From positions 1 through 64,000 of the forward strand of contig NW_021833799.1 in NCBI RefSeq assembly GCF_006345805.1: a DNA stretch of 64,000 bases, read 5' to 3'. Below are positions 52,758 through 64,000 of this stretch, in pieces. Source of the stretch: Octopus sinensis. Lineage: Eukaryota. The notes beneath the pieces were generated by a model. The model searched no databases and was not told where the DNA came from. It saw only the letters and a program-made list of their open reading frames with translations. Each line of letters starts with the position of its first letter. Position 1 is the first letter of the stretch. A program made the position numbers and the translations under genes.

Positions 52758-52910
52758 CCAGGGTTCTCAACTAATTTTTCCCTATGGACCCTTTGATTAC
52801 TATTTCATTCTGGTGAGCCAATCCCATCACCATTCGATGTTTAAAAGCTAGTTTTATAGAAACTTCTTTCAAAATCCCTATTTTGTTATTCCCACATAAC
52901 TAACTCATAG
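52758..52910 (+). mobile_element. hAT-like MITE remnant
   Basis: CAGGGTTCTCAAC start resembles hAT/Charlie termini; related subunits at 53470-53640. Confidence 0.4.
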
Positions 52911-52969
52911 GTTGAACAATGTAAAATGTTAGGGAAAGAAACCCAGCTGTTTCTTGCAATACATACCAA

Positions 52970-53445
52970 TACCGTTCATGGCCGTTGCCAGCCTCTCCTG
53001 GCCCCCGTGCCGGTGGCACATAAAAAGTACCATCCGATCGTGGCCGTTGCCAGCCTCGCCTGGCCCCCGTCCCGGTGGCAATAAAAAGCACCATCCGATC
53101 GTGGCCGTTGCTAGCCTCGCCTGGCCCCCGTCCCGGTGGCACATAAAAAGCACCATCCGATCGTGGCCGTTGCCAGCCTCGCCTGGCCCCCGTCCCGGTG
53201 GCACATAAAAAGCCCCATCCGATCGTGGCCGTTGCTAGCCTCGCCTGGCACCTGTGCCAGTGGCATGTAAAAGCACCCACTACACTCATGTAGTGGTTGG
53301 CGTTAAGAAGGGCATCCAGCCGTAGAAACATTGCCAGATCAGACTGGAGCCTGGTGCAGCCTCCTGGCTTTCCAGAGCCCAGTTGACCCGTCCAACCCAT
53401 GCTAGCATGTAAAGCGGACGCTAAACGATGATGATGATGATGATG
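52970..53445 (+). mobile_element. Family E copy with 5 units of about 62 bp
   Basis: GCCGTTGC at 52981, 53044, 53104, 53166, 53228; (GAT)n tail. Confidence 0.8.
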
Positions 53446-53653
53446 ACATACATCTAAAGCAAAATTGTTTCAGGGACCCTTAAAATACTCTTATGGGTCC
53501 CAAATTTACTATTTTGTTATGTGGACACCCCTTGATTACCATTTTATTCTGGCAAACCCCTTTCACCATTTGATATGTAAAAACTAGTTTTATAGAAACT
53601 TCTTTCAAAATTCCTTAAGAGGCCCTTAAAATACTACCATAGATTTCTGATTG

Positions 53654-53972
53654 TGGAGGTGCAATGACCCAGTGGTTAGGGCAGCGAAAACACCTAAAGC
53701 TCCACGAGGCTCCAGCAGGGGATGGTGGTGATCCCTGCTGTACTCTTTCACCACAACTTTCTCTCACTCTTACTTCCTGTTTCTGTTGTACCTGTATTTC
53801 AAAGGGGCCAGCCTTGTCACTCTCTGTGTCACGCTGAATATCCCCGAGAACTACGTTAAGGGTACACGTGTCTGTGGAGTGCTCAGCCACTTACACGTTA
53901 ATTTCACGAGCAGGCTGTTCCGTTGATTGGATCAACCGGAACCCTCGTCGTCGTAACCAACAGAGTGCTTCC
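53654..53972 (+). mobile_element. SINE family C with internal deletion
   Basis: Head joined directly to GAAAACACCTAAAGC. Confidence 0.8.
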
Positions 53973-54167
53973 ATCCAGATTTCTGATTCCCTATTTTGCT
54001 TGCATGGACCCCTTTTGATGACTATTTTATTCTGGTCGATCCACATAGTTATCCCTCACCTTCCCTACAGTCCAGAATTGGAGAGGCACATGGCTTAGTG
54101 GTTAGGGTGTTGGACTCATCATCTTAAGATTGTGGTTTCAATTCCTAGACTGGGGTGATGCATTGTG

Positions 54168-54530
54168 TTCTGGGTTCAGTCCCACTGCATGGAACCTTGG
54201 GCAAGTGTCTTCTACTATAGCCTCAGGCTGACCAAATCCTTGTGAGTGGATTTGGTAGACGGAAACTGGAAGAAGCCTGTCGTATATATGTGTGTATGTG
54301 TGTGTGCGCATGTGTGTGTGTGTATGTTTGTGTGTCTGTGTTTGTCCGCCCATCATCGCTTGGCAACCGATGCTGGTGTGTTTACATCCCTGTAACTTAG
54401 TGGTTCAGCAAAAGAGACTGATATAATAAGTACTAGGCTTACAACGAATAAGTCCTGGGGTCGATTTGCTCGACTAAAAGGCGGTGCTCCAGCATGGCCA
54501 CAGTCAAATGACTGAAACAAGTAAAAGAGT
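54168..54530 (+). mobile_element. SINE family A (5' part replaced by another tRNA-like head at about 54085)
   Basis: B-box through tail match. Confidence 0.75.
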
Positions 54531-55754
54531 ATTCCGACATTTAGACTGGAGTGTTAACTTCAGAGAGATTTTGGCTGTTGTTTCTAGCACGTTCAGTTAC
54601 CATATACAGATTGCCGCATTGACTATTGCTTGATGTTATCGGTGGTGGTGGTGGGAGGGTATGTTGTGGTGTGTGTGGGGGGGGGGTGATTATAGCTGAC
54701 TGTAGTGCAGGCGGCGTCGGCGGCGCTGTTCCTTGTAGCAGTGGCGATGGTGGTGATGGTGGTGATGGTGTTGGTGGAGACTGCTATTGATGATGGTGGC
54801 GGTGCAGGCAGCGCTGGCGATGATGGCGCCGCTGGGGGGCCTGCGGTGATAGCCGTGGCGACGGCGCTGGTGGCGCGGTAGTTGGGAGGTTGTTGTTGCT
54901 GTTGGCGGTGACGGCGGTGGTGTTTTGTATTGCTGCTGGTGGTGGCGGCGGTGGCTAAGCCGTTGGTACAGCGCTGCTGGTGGTGGTGGTGGTGGTGGTA
55001 GTGGTGGTGATGGAGCTGATGAATGCGGAGGTGGTGACGCTGTTGCTGCTGGTTTTGCTTATGGTGATGATGGTGGCGGCAGTGGTGGTCATGGTTGTGG
55101 TGGTGGTGATGGTTGTGGTGGTGGTGATGGTAGTGGTGATTGTGGTAGTGGTGGTGGTCGTGGTGATTGTGGTGGTGGTGGTGGTAGTGGTGGTCATGGT
55201 AGTGGTGGTCATGGTGGTGATGATGGTAGTGGTGGTGGTCGTGGTGATTGTGGTGGTGGTAGTGGTGGTGGTGGTGTTGATTGTGGTGGTGATGGTAGTG
55301 GTGGTCATGGTGGTGATGATGGTAGTGGTGATTGTGGTAGTGGTGGTGGTGGTGGTGGGGATTGTGGGGTGGGTGGTGATTGTGTAGGTGGTTGTGGTGG
55401 TGGTGGTGATGTGGTAGTGGTGGTGGTGGTGGTGGTCATGGTTGTGTAGGTGGTAGTGGTGGTGGTGTTCGTACACCATCGTGAGGGAGGAAATGTCGAC
55501 GAAAGAAAGACAAGAAATCTCTCCCGAAACTCTAAAAGACGAACAGAAAAGGGAGAGAGAGAAGGAGAGAGAGAGAAGGAGAGAGAGAGAAGGAGAGAGA
55601 GAGAGAGAAGGAGAGAGAGAGAGAGAAGGAGAGAGAGAGAGACTTGTTGTCTGTCTGACATGTTTGCGGTGCCCGGATGGGTTTTCTGGTCGTCTGCTCG
55701 CTCCGTCATTTAACGGTGTCAAAAGTCTGGTATGTACGATGGAGGCGGCAGCAG

Positions 55755-56080
55755 TGGTGGTGGTGGTGACGGCGTGTTTGTGGTGATGGTGGTGGTGGTG
55801 GCGGTGGTGACGGCGTGTGTTCGTGGTGGTGGTGGTGACGGCGTGTGTTCGTAGTGGTGGTGGTGGTGGTGGTGGTGGTGGTGACGGCGTGTGTACGTGG
55901 TGGTGGTGGTGACGGCGTGTGTTCGTAGTGGTGGTGGTGGTGGCGGTGGTGATGGCGTGTGTTCGTGGTGGTGGTGGTGACGGCGTGTGTTCGTGGTGGT
56001 GGTGGTGACGGCGTGTGTTCGTAGTGGTGGTGGTGGTGGTGGTGGTGGTGGCGGTGGTGATGGCGTGTGTTCGTGGTGGT
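55755..56080. repeat. GC-rich minisatellite (GGT)nGACGGCGTGTGTTCGT inside a 54600-56450 (GGT/GGC)-rich tract
   Basis: About 10 units of variable length. Confidence 0.85.
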
Positions 56081-56642
56081 GGTGGAGGTGTTGGCGACAA
56101 CGTTTTGTGGTAGTAATAGCGATGATGTTGGCGGCGGCGAGAACGGCGGGATGAAGATGGTGGCGGCGGTGATAGTGACGGAGTTAGGAAGTGGTGGTGA
56201 TGGTGATGGTGGTGTTGGCGACGGCGGAACGTCATCGTACTGAATGATGAAGGTGGCGGCGGCCGTGTCGGATCGAGGTGGTGGTGGGGGTGGTGGCGGT
56301 GATGTGGAAAATGATTGTGTCGACGGCGAGGGTTTGCGGGGGGTGGGGTGATGTCGGTGAGGCTGGCGGCGGCGGCAGCAGAAGGTGGCAATTGTGGTGG
56401 TGGTGGTGGTGGTGGTGGTGGAGGCAGCGGCGGCGGCGGCGTGATACCACTCTTGTTTGAGAACTATTAAGTCGGGTGGTTGGTGATAAGTTGTGTCTAA
56501 ATGTGTAGAATATATATATACATATATACATACATGTGTGTGTGTGTGTTTGGCCTTTTTGGCTGAGATCAAAGTGTGTCTTTGTGAATGCGCTGACCTC
56601 TTCTAGTTGGCATTCTGAGTTCGGTACCACTGCAGAGATACT

Positions 56643-57494
56643 GGCAACCTTTCGTCTCTAGTAGACCTTTCCGTCGATTTCCGTACAAAAAACTTCTTTT
56701 TTTTTTACATATGGGCTTGCGGGAACTTTTGAAGTAATGAGAGCGAAAGAGACTAAGAGAAAGCGATTGTATGACGAGGGAAGTTCTTTTGAAGTTACCG
56801 TGCATGGGAAGCATTGATGTACATGTGTGTGTGTTTGTGGGGTGTGGGAGACAGACAGTATGTTGTGTAAGTGAAGTGCTTCTGTTAGTAGTAATGAGAG
56901 CGAAAGAGACTAGAGAAAGGCGATGTATGACGAGGGAAGTTCTTTTGAAGTTACCGTGCATGTGAAGCATTGATGTACATGTTGTGTGTGTGTGTGTGTG
57001 TGGTGTTTGATGGGGTGTGGGAGACAGACAGTATGTTGTGTAAGTGAAGTGCTTCTGTTAGTAGTAATGAGAGCGAAGAGACTAAGAGAAAGCGATTGTA
57101 TGACGAGGGAAGTTCTTTTGAAGTTACCGTCATGTGAAGCATTGATGTACATGTGTGTTGTGTGTGTGGTGTGTGTGTTTGATGGGGTGTGGGAGACAGA
57201 CAGTATGTTGTGTAAGTGAAGTGCTTCTGTTAGTAGTAATGAGAGCGAAAGAGACTAAGAGAAGCGATTGTATGACGAGGAATTCTTTTGAAGTTACCGT
57301 CCAGGGGAAGCATTGATGTACTGTGTGTGTTGTGTGTGTGTGTGTGTTTGATGGGGTGTGGGAGACAGACAGTATGTTGTGTAAGTGAAGTGCTTCTGTT
57401 AGTAGTAATGAGAGCGAAAGAGACTAAGAGAAAGCGATTGTATGACGAGGGAAGTTCTTTTGAAGTTAGTTACCGTCCAGGGGAAGCATTGATG

Positions 57495-57525
<31 letters not shown>

Positions 57526-58092
57526 TTGATGGGGTGTGGGAGACAGACAGTATGTTGTGTAAGTGAAGTGCTTCTGTTAGTAGTAATGAGAGCGAAAGAG
57601 ACTAAGAGAAAGCGATTGTATGACGAGGGAAGTTCTTTTGAAGTTACCGTCCAGGGGAAGCATTGATGTACATGTGTGTGTGTGTGTGTGTGTGTTTGAT
57701 GGGGTGTGGGAGACAGACAGTATGTTGTGTAAGTGAAGTGCTTCTGTTAGTAGTAATGAGAGCGAAAGAGACTAAGAGAAAGCGATTGTATGACGAGGGA
57801 AGTTCTTTTGAAGTTACCGTGCATGTGAAGCATTGATGTACATGTGTGTGTGTGTGTGTGTGTTTGATGGGTGTGTGGGAGACAGACAGTATGTTGTGTA
57901 AGTGAAGTGCTTCTGTTAGTGTGTGTGAAGAGACAGAGTAATGTGTGAAAGAGAAAGAGATAACTGAAATTTTTTACTCGGTGTATGTGTATATGTATGT
58001 ATATTACTTCAAAAGTTCCCGCAAGCCCATATGTAAAATAAAATATTTTTACGGAAATCGACGGAAAGGTCTACTAGAGACGAAAGATCGCC
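56643..58092. mobile_element. Non-autonomous DNA transposon, Merlin-like (GG-initiated 90-96 bp TIRs, 8-bp TSD, internal tandem array)
   Basis: TIRs 56643-56738 and 58003-58092; TSD GAGATACT at 56635-56642 and 58093-58100; 7 internal units of 157-178 bp. Superfamily is inferred from the termini only. Confidence 0.8.
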
Positions 58093-58692
58093 GAGATACT
58101 TAGTCAAGTGTCGTTTATTGGAGTCTCAGGCCTACCAAAGACTGGTGAGTGAATTTGGTAGACAGAAACTGAAAGAAGCCCATCGTAAAGTACATTCTTT
58201 TATTCTTTTATTTGTTTCAGTCATTTGACTGCGGCCATGCTGGAGCACCGCCTTTAGTCGAACAAATCAACCATAGGACTTATTCTTTGTAAGCCTAGTA
58301 CTTATCCTGTCAGGCTCTTTTGCCGAACCGCTAAGTAACGGAGATGTAAACACACCAACATCGGTTTAAATGCAGTGCCATCAGTTTAAATGCAGTGCCA
58401 TCGTCAGCTGCACAAATAAATAAATGGAATTTCAACAAGTAGGACACATAATTTTTCTTGAATAGTTTAACAGAGCAAGAAGATGGAAGAAATTCATGTT
58501 GTCGCTATTGTAGCTAAGAATAGACTACAACTTCTAAGAATCTCATGGAGCATAGTGGGGTTATAGGGTTTTAAGGGTTGTAATTCATTTCTAATTCAAT
58601 TATCTCTTTATCAACTTCTAAAACTAAGACTAGAAGACTGTGTCTATTTTTGAATAAAGGACAAGAGTGAGCTGACAGCTTATTTTGATTAT

Positions 58693-61600
58693 ATCATCAT
58701 CGTCATCATCATCGTTTAACGTCCGTTCTCCATGCTAGCATGGGTTGGACGGTTCGACCGGGGTTCTGGGGAGCCAGAAGGCTGCACCAGGCTCCAGTCT
58801 TTTCTGGCAATGTTTCTACAGCTGGATGCCCTTCCTAACGCCAACCACTCCGAGAGTGTAGTGGGTGCTTTTTATGTGCCACCCGCACAGGTGCCAGGCG
58901 AGGCTGGCAACGGCCACGGTCGGGTTGGTGCATTTTACGTGCCACCGGCACGGAAGCTGGTCGAGGCGGCACTGGCTCCGGATGGTGCTTTTTACATGCT
59001 ACCGGCACGGAAGCCAGTCGAGGCGGCACTGGCATCGGCCACGATTCGGATGGTGCTTTTTACATGCCACCGGCACGGAAGCCAGTCGAGGCGGCACTGG
59101 CATCGGCCACGATTCGGATGGTGCTTTTTACATGCCACCGGCACAGAAGCCAGTCGAGGCGGCCACTGGCATCGGCCACGATTCGGATGGTGCTTTTTAC
59201 ATGCCACCGGCACGGAAGCCAGTCGAGGCGGCACTGGCATCGGCCACGATTCGGATGGTGCTTTTTACATGCCACCGGCACGGAAGCCAGTCGACGGCGG
59301 CACTGGCATCGGCCACGATTCGGATGGTGTGCTTTTTACATGCCACCGGCACGGAACCAGTCGAGGCGGCACTGGCATCGGCCACGATTCGGATGGTGCT
59401 TTTTACATGCCACCGGCACGGAAGCCAGTCGAGGCGGCACTGGCTCCGGCCACGATTCGGATGGTGCTTTTTACATGCCACCGGCATGGAAGCCAGTCGA
59501 GGCGGCACTGGCATCGGCCACGATTCGGATGGTGCTTTTTACATGCCACCGGCACGGAAGCCAGTCGAGGCGGCACTGGCTCCGGCCACGATTCGGATGG
59601 TGCTTTTTACATGCCACCGGCACGGAAGCCAGTCGAGAAGGCACTGGCATCGGCCACGATTCGGATAGTGCTTTTTACATGCCACCGGCACGGAAGCCAG
59701 TCGAGGCGGCACTGGCATCGGCCACGATTCGGATGGTGCTTTTTACATGCCACCGGCACGAAGCCAGTCGAGGCGGCACTGGCATCGGCCACGATTCGGA
59801 TGGTGCTTTTTACATGCCACCGGCCACGGAAGCCAGTCGAGGCGGCACTGGCATCGGCCACGATTCGGATGGTGCTTTTTACATGCACCGGCACGGAAGC
59901 CAGTCGAGGCGGCACTGGCTCCGGCCACGATTCGGATGGTGCTTTTTACATGCCACCGGCAACGGAAGCCAGTCGAGAAGGCACTGGCATCGGCCACGAT
60001 TCGGATAGTGCTTTTTACATGCCACCGGCACGGAAGCCAGTCGAGGCGGCACTGGCATCGGCCACGATTCGGATGGTGCTTTTTACATGCCACCGGCACG
60101 GAAGCCAGTCGAGGCGGCACTGGCATCGGCCACGATTCGGATAGTGCTTTTTACATGCCACCGGCACGGAAGCCAGTCGAGGCGGCACTGGCATCGGCCA
60201 CGATTCGGATGGTGCTTTTTACATGCCACCGGCACGGAAGCCAGTCGAGGCGGCACTGGCTCCGGCCACGATTCGGATGGTGCTTTTTACATGCCACCGG
60301 CACGGAAGCCAGTCGAGGCGGCACTGGCATCGGCCACGATTCGGATGGTGCTTTTTACATGCCACCAGCACGGAAGCCAGTCGAGGCGGCACTGGCATCG
60401 GCCACGATTCGGATGGTGCTTTTTACATGCCACTGGCACGGAAGCCAGTCGAGGCGGCACTGGCATCGGCCACGATTCGGATGGTGCTTTTTACATGCCA
60501 CCGGCACGGAAGCCAGTCGAGGCGGCACTGGCTCCGGCCACGATTCGGATGGTGCTTTTTACATGCCACCGGCACGGAAGCCAGTCGAGGCGGCACTGGC
60601 ATCGGCCACGATTCGGATGGTGCTTTTTACATGCCACCGGCACGGAAGCCAGTCGAGGCGGCACTGGCATCGGCCACGATTCGGATGGTGCTTTTTACAT
60701 GCCACCGGCACGGAAGCCAGTCGAGGCGGCACTGGCATCGGCCACGATTCGGATGGTGCTTTTTACATGCCACTGGCACGGAAGCCAGTCGAGGCGGCAC
60801 TGGCATCGCCACGATTCGGATGGTGCTTTTTACATGCCACCGCACGGAAGCCAGTCGAGGCGGCACTGGCATCGGCCACGATTCGGATGGTGCTTTTTAC
60901 ATGCCACCGGCACGAAGCCAGTCGAGGCGGCACTGGCATCGGCCACGATTCGGATGGTGCTTTTTACATGCCACCGGCACAGAAGCCAGTCGAGGCGGCA
61001 CTGGCATCGGCCACGATTCGGATGGTGCTTTTTACATGCCACCGCACGGAAGCCAGTCGAGGCGGCACTGGCATCGGCCACGATTCGGATGGTGCTTTTT
61101 ACATGCCACCGGCACAGAAGCCAGTCGAGGCGGCACTGGCATCGGCCACGATTCGGATGGTGCTTTTTACATGCCACCGGCACAGAAGCCAGTCGAGGCG
61201 GCACTGGCATCGGCCACGATTCGGATGGTGCTTTTTACATGCCACCGGCATGGAAGCCAGTCGAGGCGGCACTGGCATCGGCCACGATTCGGATGGTGCT
61301 TTTTACATGCCACCGGCACAGAAGCCAGTCGAGGCGGCACTGGCATCGGCCACGATTCGGATGGTGCTTTTTACATGCCACCGGCACAGAAGCCAGTCGA
61401 GGCGGCACTGGCTCCGGCCACGATTCGGATGGTGCTTTTTACATGCCACTGGCACGGAAGCCAGTCGAGGCGGCACTGGCATCGGCCACGATTCGGATGG
61501 TGCTTTTTACATGCCACCGGCACGGAAGCCAGTCGAGGCGGCACTGGCTCCGGCCACGATTCGGATGGTGCTTTTTACATGCCACCGGCACGGAAGCCAG

Positions 61601-61797
61601 TCGAGGCGGCACTGGCATCGGCCACGATTCGGATGGTGCTTTTTACATGCCACCGGAACGGAAGCCAGTCGAGGCGGCACTGGCTCCGGCCACGATTCGG
61701 ATGGTGCTTTTTACATGCCACCGGCACGGAAGCCAGTCGAGGCGGCACTGGCATCGGCCACGATTCGGATAGTGCTTTATACATGCCACCAGTCCAG
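58693..61797 (-). repeat. Family E element with a 68-bp subrepeat expanded to about 42 units
   Basis: Unit GAAGCCAGTCGAGGCGGCACTGGCATCGGCCACGATTCGGATGGTGCTTTTTACATGCCACCGGCACG; period 68 (59041 to 59109). Confidence 0.92.
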
Positions 61798-61808
61798 TGT
61801 GTGTGTGT

Positions 61809-61960
61809 TTGGCCTTTTTGGCTGAGATCAAAGTGTGTCTTTGTGAATGCGCTGACCTCTTCTAGTTGGCATTCTGAGTTCGGTACCACTGCAGAGCTAC
61901 TTAGTCAAGTGTCTTTTATTGGAGTCTCCCGCCTACCAAAGACTGGTGAGTGAATTTGGC
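61809..61960 (+). mobile_element. U2-like-headed, SINE-A-related element; empty-site paralog of 56550-56642 plus 58101-58187
   Basis: Near-identical to the flanks of the Merlin-like insertion, with a single GAGCTACT at 61894-61901. Confidence 0.75.
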
Positions 61961-62622
61961 CGACATATATATATATATATATACACACACTCACACACAT
62001 AGGCAGATCAATAATTGAAGGGAAACCCATAAGAGGACATACACAGTGAATGCCTTAAGGTTGATATGCAATTGAAGATGGGGAAAAAAAGTGGGGGGGG
62101 GATATGAAGTTTCAAGCAAGGCTCTTGGTCAGAGCCCCGGAATGAGCCAGGTTTCTGTGAATAAGTCTGGGAAACTTTACTATAGCCTGGGGGCTGACTA
62201 CTAAACCCTTGTTGGTGGATTTGGTCCGAGGAAAGTACTGGGGTTAATCTGTTTGAGGAAACCAGTTCTAGGCTGTGCTCCAGCATGGTCGCTGTCCAAT
62301 GAGTGAAACAAGTAAATGTAAAAGTACCCAGATACTTGCATCTGTCTTTCTCCCTCCACCCCCTCTCTCTCTCCCCTCCCCCCATCATACAAAGACATAA
62401 CTATTGGGCGCTCACTCCCCCTCCTTTGCCGCTTGCCTTAAAACCAACAAACCCAGGAGAAAGACAAGCTAAGACAAATAAATATGCCCACCACCACTGT
62501 ATGCCTGCTACTGTTGCTTTTTGTTCATTTGTTCATATATATATACACACATATATATATATATACATACATATAAATATATATATACAAATATATATAT
62601 ACATACATATAAATATATATAC

Positions 62623-62662
<40 letters not shown>

Positions 62663-62905
62663 CACATATATATATACACACATATATATATACACATATA
62701 TATATATATACACACATATATATATACACATATATATATATACACACATATATATACACATATATATATATACACATATATATATTACATATATATATAC
62801 TATATATACATATATATATATATATATATACCACATATATATATATACATATATATATACACATATATATACATATATACACACATATATATATACATAT
62901 ATATA

Positions 62906-62954
<49 letters not shown>

Positions 62955-63429
62955 GTGTTTGTGTGTGTATAATATATATTATATATTTGGCACCAGAATC
63001 CCCTCCGTACCACCACCAATCAACACTATCACAACCCGAACTCACCACCACCACCACCACCACCATTTTCATCACCATCATCATCATCATCCTCACCATC
63101 ACCAATACATCAACCACCACCACCACCCTCTTCCCTTCTTCCCCCTCTCTCTCTCCCTCTCACCAACCAACAAACCAATGCACAGCAGCCCTTTTATGTT
63201 ACAGTACCCCACTTTTGTAATTATAAGGGTACCCCTGACCCCAGCTGCTACCTCCCAGACACATCTTTCATCTCATATGTCAAAGGTGAAAGTCAGAAGA
63301 CACCTGCTCAACTCATGCTGTCCACCTAAGCCCACCCCCACCATGGGGCCCTCCTCACAGCCCTTTTTCTGCTATTTTGACATTTCAGTGGAATGCAGGG
63401 TGGTAGGGGTAGGGATACTATGCTGGTGG

Positions 63430-63975
63430 CAGTGGTGGTGGTAGTTGTGGTGGTGGTGTTGGTGGCTGTTGTGGTGATGGGGTGGGGGTGTTAGCTGTTC
63501 CGGTGGCAGTAATGGTTATGGTGGTGTTGATTGTGATGGTGATGGTGGTTGTGGTAATGGTTGTGATGGTGGTGGTAATAGTTGTGGTTGTGGTGGCAGT
63601 GTTGGTAGTGGTAATGGTTTTTGATGGTGATGGTGGTGGTTGTGGTAATGGTTGTGATGGTGGTGGTAATAGTTGTGGTTGTGGTGGCAGTGTTGGTAGT
63701 GGTAATGGTTTTTGATGGTGATGGTGGTTGTGGTGGTTGTAGTAATGGTTGTGGTAATGGTTGTGGTGGTGGTGGTAATAGTTGTGGTTGTGGTGGCAGT
63801 GTTGGTAGTGGTAATGGTTTTGATGGTGATGGTAATTGTGGTGGAGATGATTGTGATGGTTGTGGTTGTGGTTGTAGTGCTGGTGGTGGTAATTGTTGTG
63901 ATGGTAGTGTTGCAGTAGTGGTAGTTGTGGTGGTAGTAGCTAGGTTCGTGATGATGATGATGATGATGCCATGAT
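63430..63975. repeat. (GGT/GAT)n-rich low-complexity tract with a 90-110 bp internal repeat
   Basis: GGTGGTAATAGTTGTGGTTGTGGTGGCAGTGTTGG occurs three times. Confidence 0.85.
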
Positions 63976-64000
63976 GTAAATCACGTCTTTCCATTTTTGC

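Noticed and set aside
56550-56585. Functional U2 snRNA gene
   Set aside because: Only about 35 nt match; no Sm site or 3' stem-loops.
54925-56630. Gly-rich or mucin-like ORFs, and the similar Gly/Cys-rich ORF at 63491-63994
   Set aside because: Low-complexity GGT/GGC DNA that is open on both strands; no splice or domain support.
58732-61953. ORFs of 470-692 aa
   Set aside because: They are products of a stop-free 68-bp tandem unit read in all three frames; no domain, and indels freely switch frames.

Overview
AT-rich, microsatellite-saturated animal genomic DNA. It is most likely non-coding intronic or intergenic sequence of an octopod cephalopod; this is inferred from the repeat landscape and was not database-checked. 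I can support no host protein-coding exon. Almost every long ORF in the supplied track is a translation of simple or tandem repeats. The real content is mobile DNA: a near-intact CR1/L2-group LINE (about 14070-18438, +); a 5'-truncated Tx1/L1-clade element in a (GATA/GACA)n tract with a 17-bp TSD (35584-38594, -); further CR1-like and RTE fragments; five interspersed SINE-like families (my labels A, C, D, E, F); several SINE-derived minisatellites; a Merlin-like non-autonomous DNA transposon with an empty-site paralog nearby; several foldback/MITE elements; and Penelope-like remnants with hammerhead-ribozyme-like cores. The top leads are: a canonical G_GGA_AAC slippery site joining LINE ORF1 to an AUG-less ORF2, a U2-snRNA-like head on a SINE, the filled/empty Merlin-like pair, and the hammerhead-like motifs.
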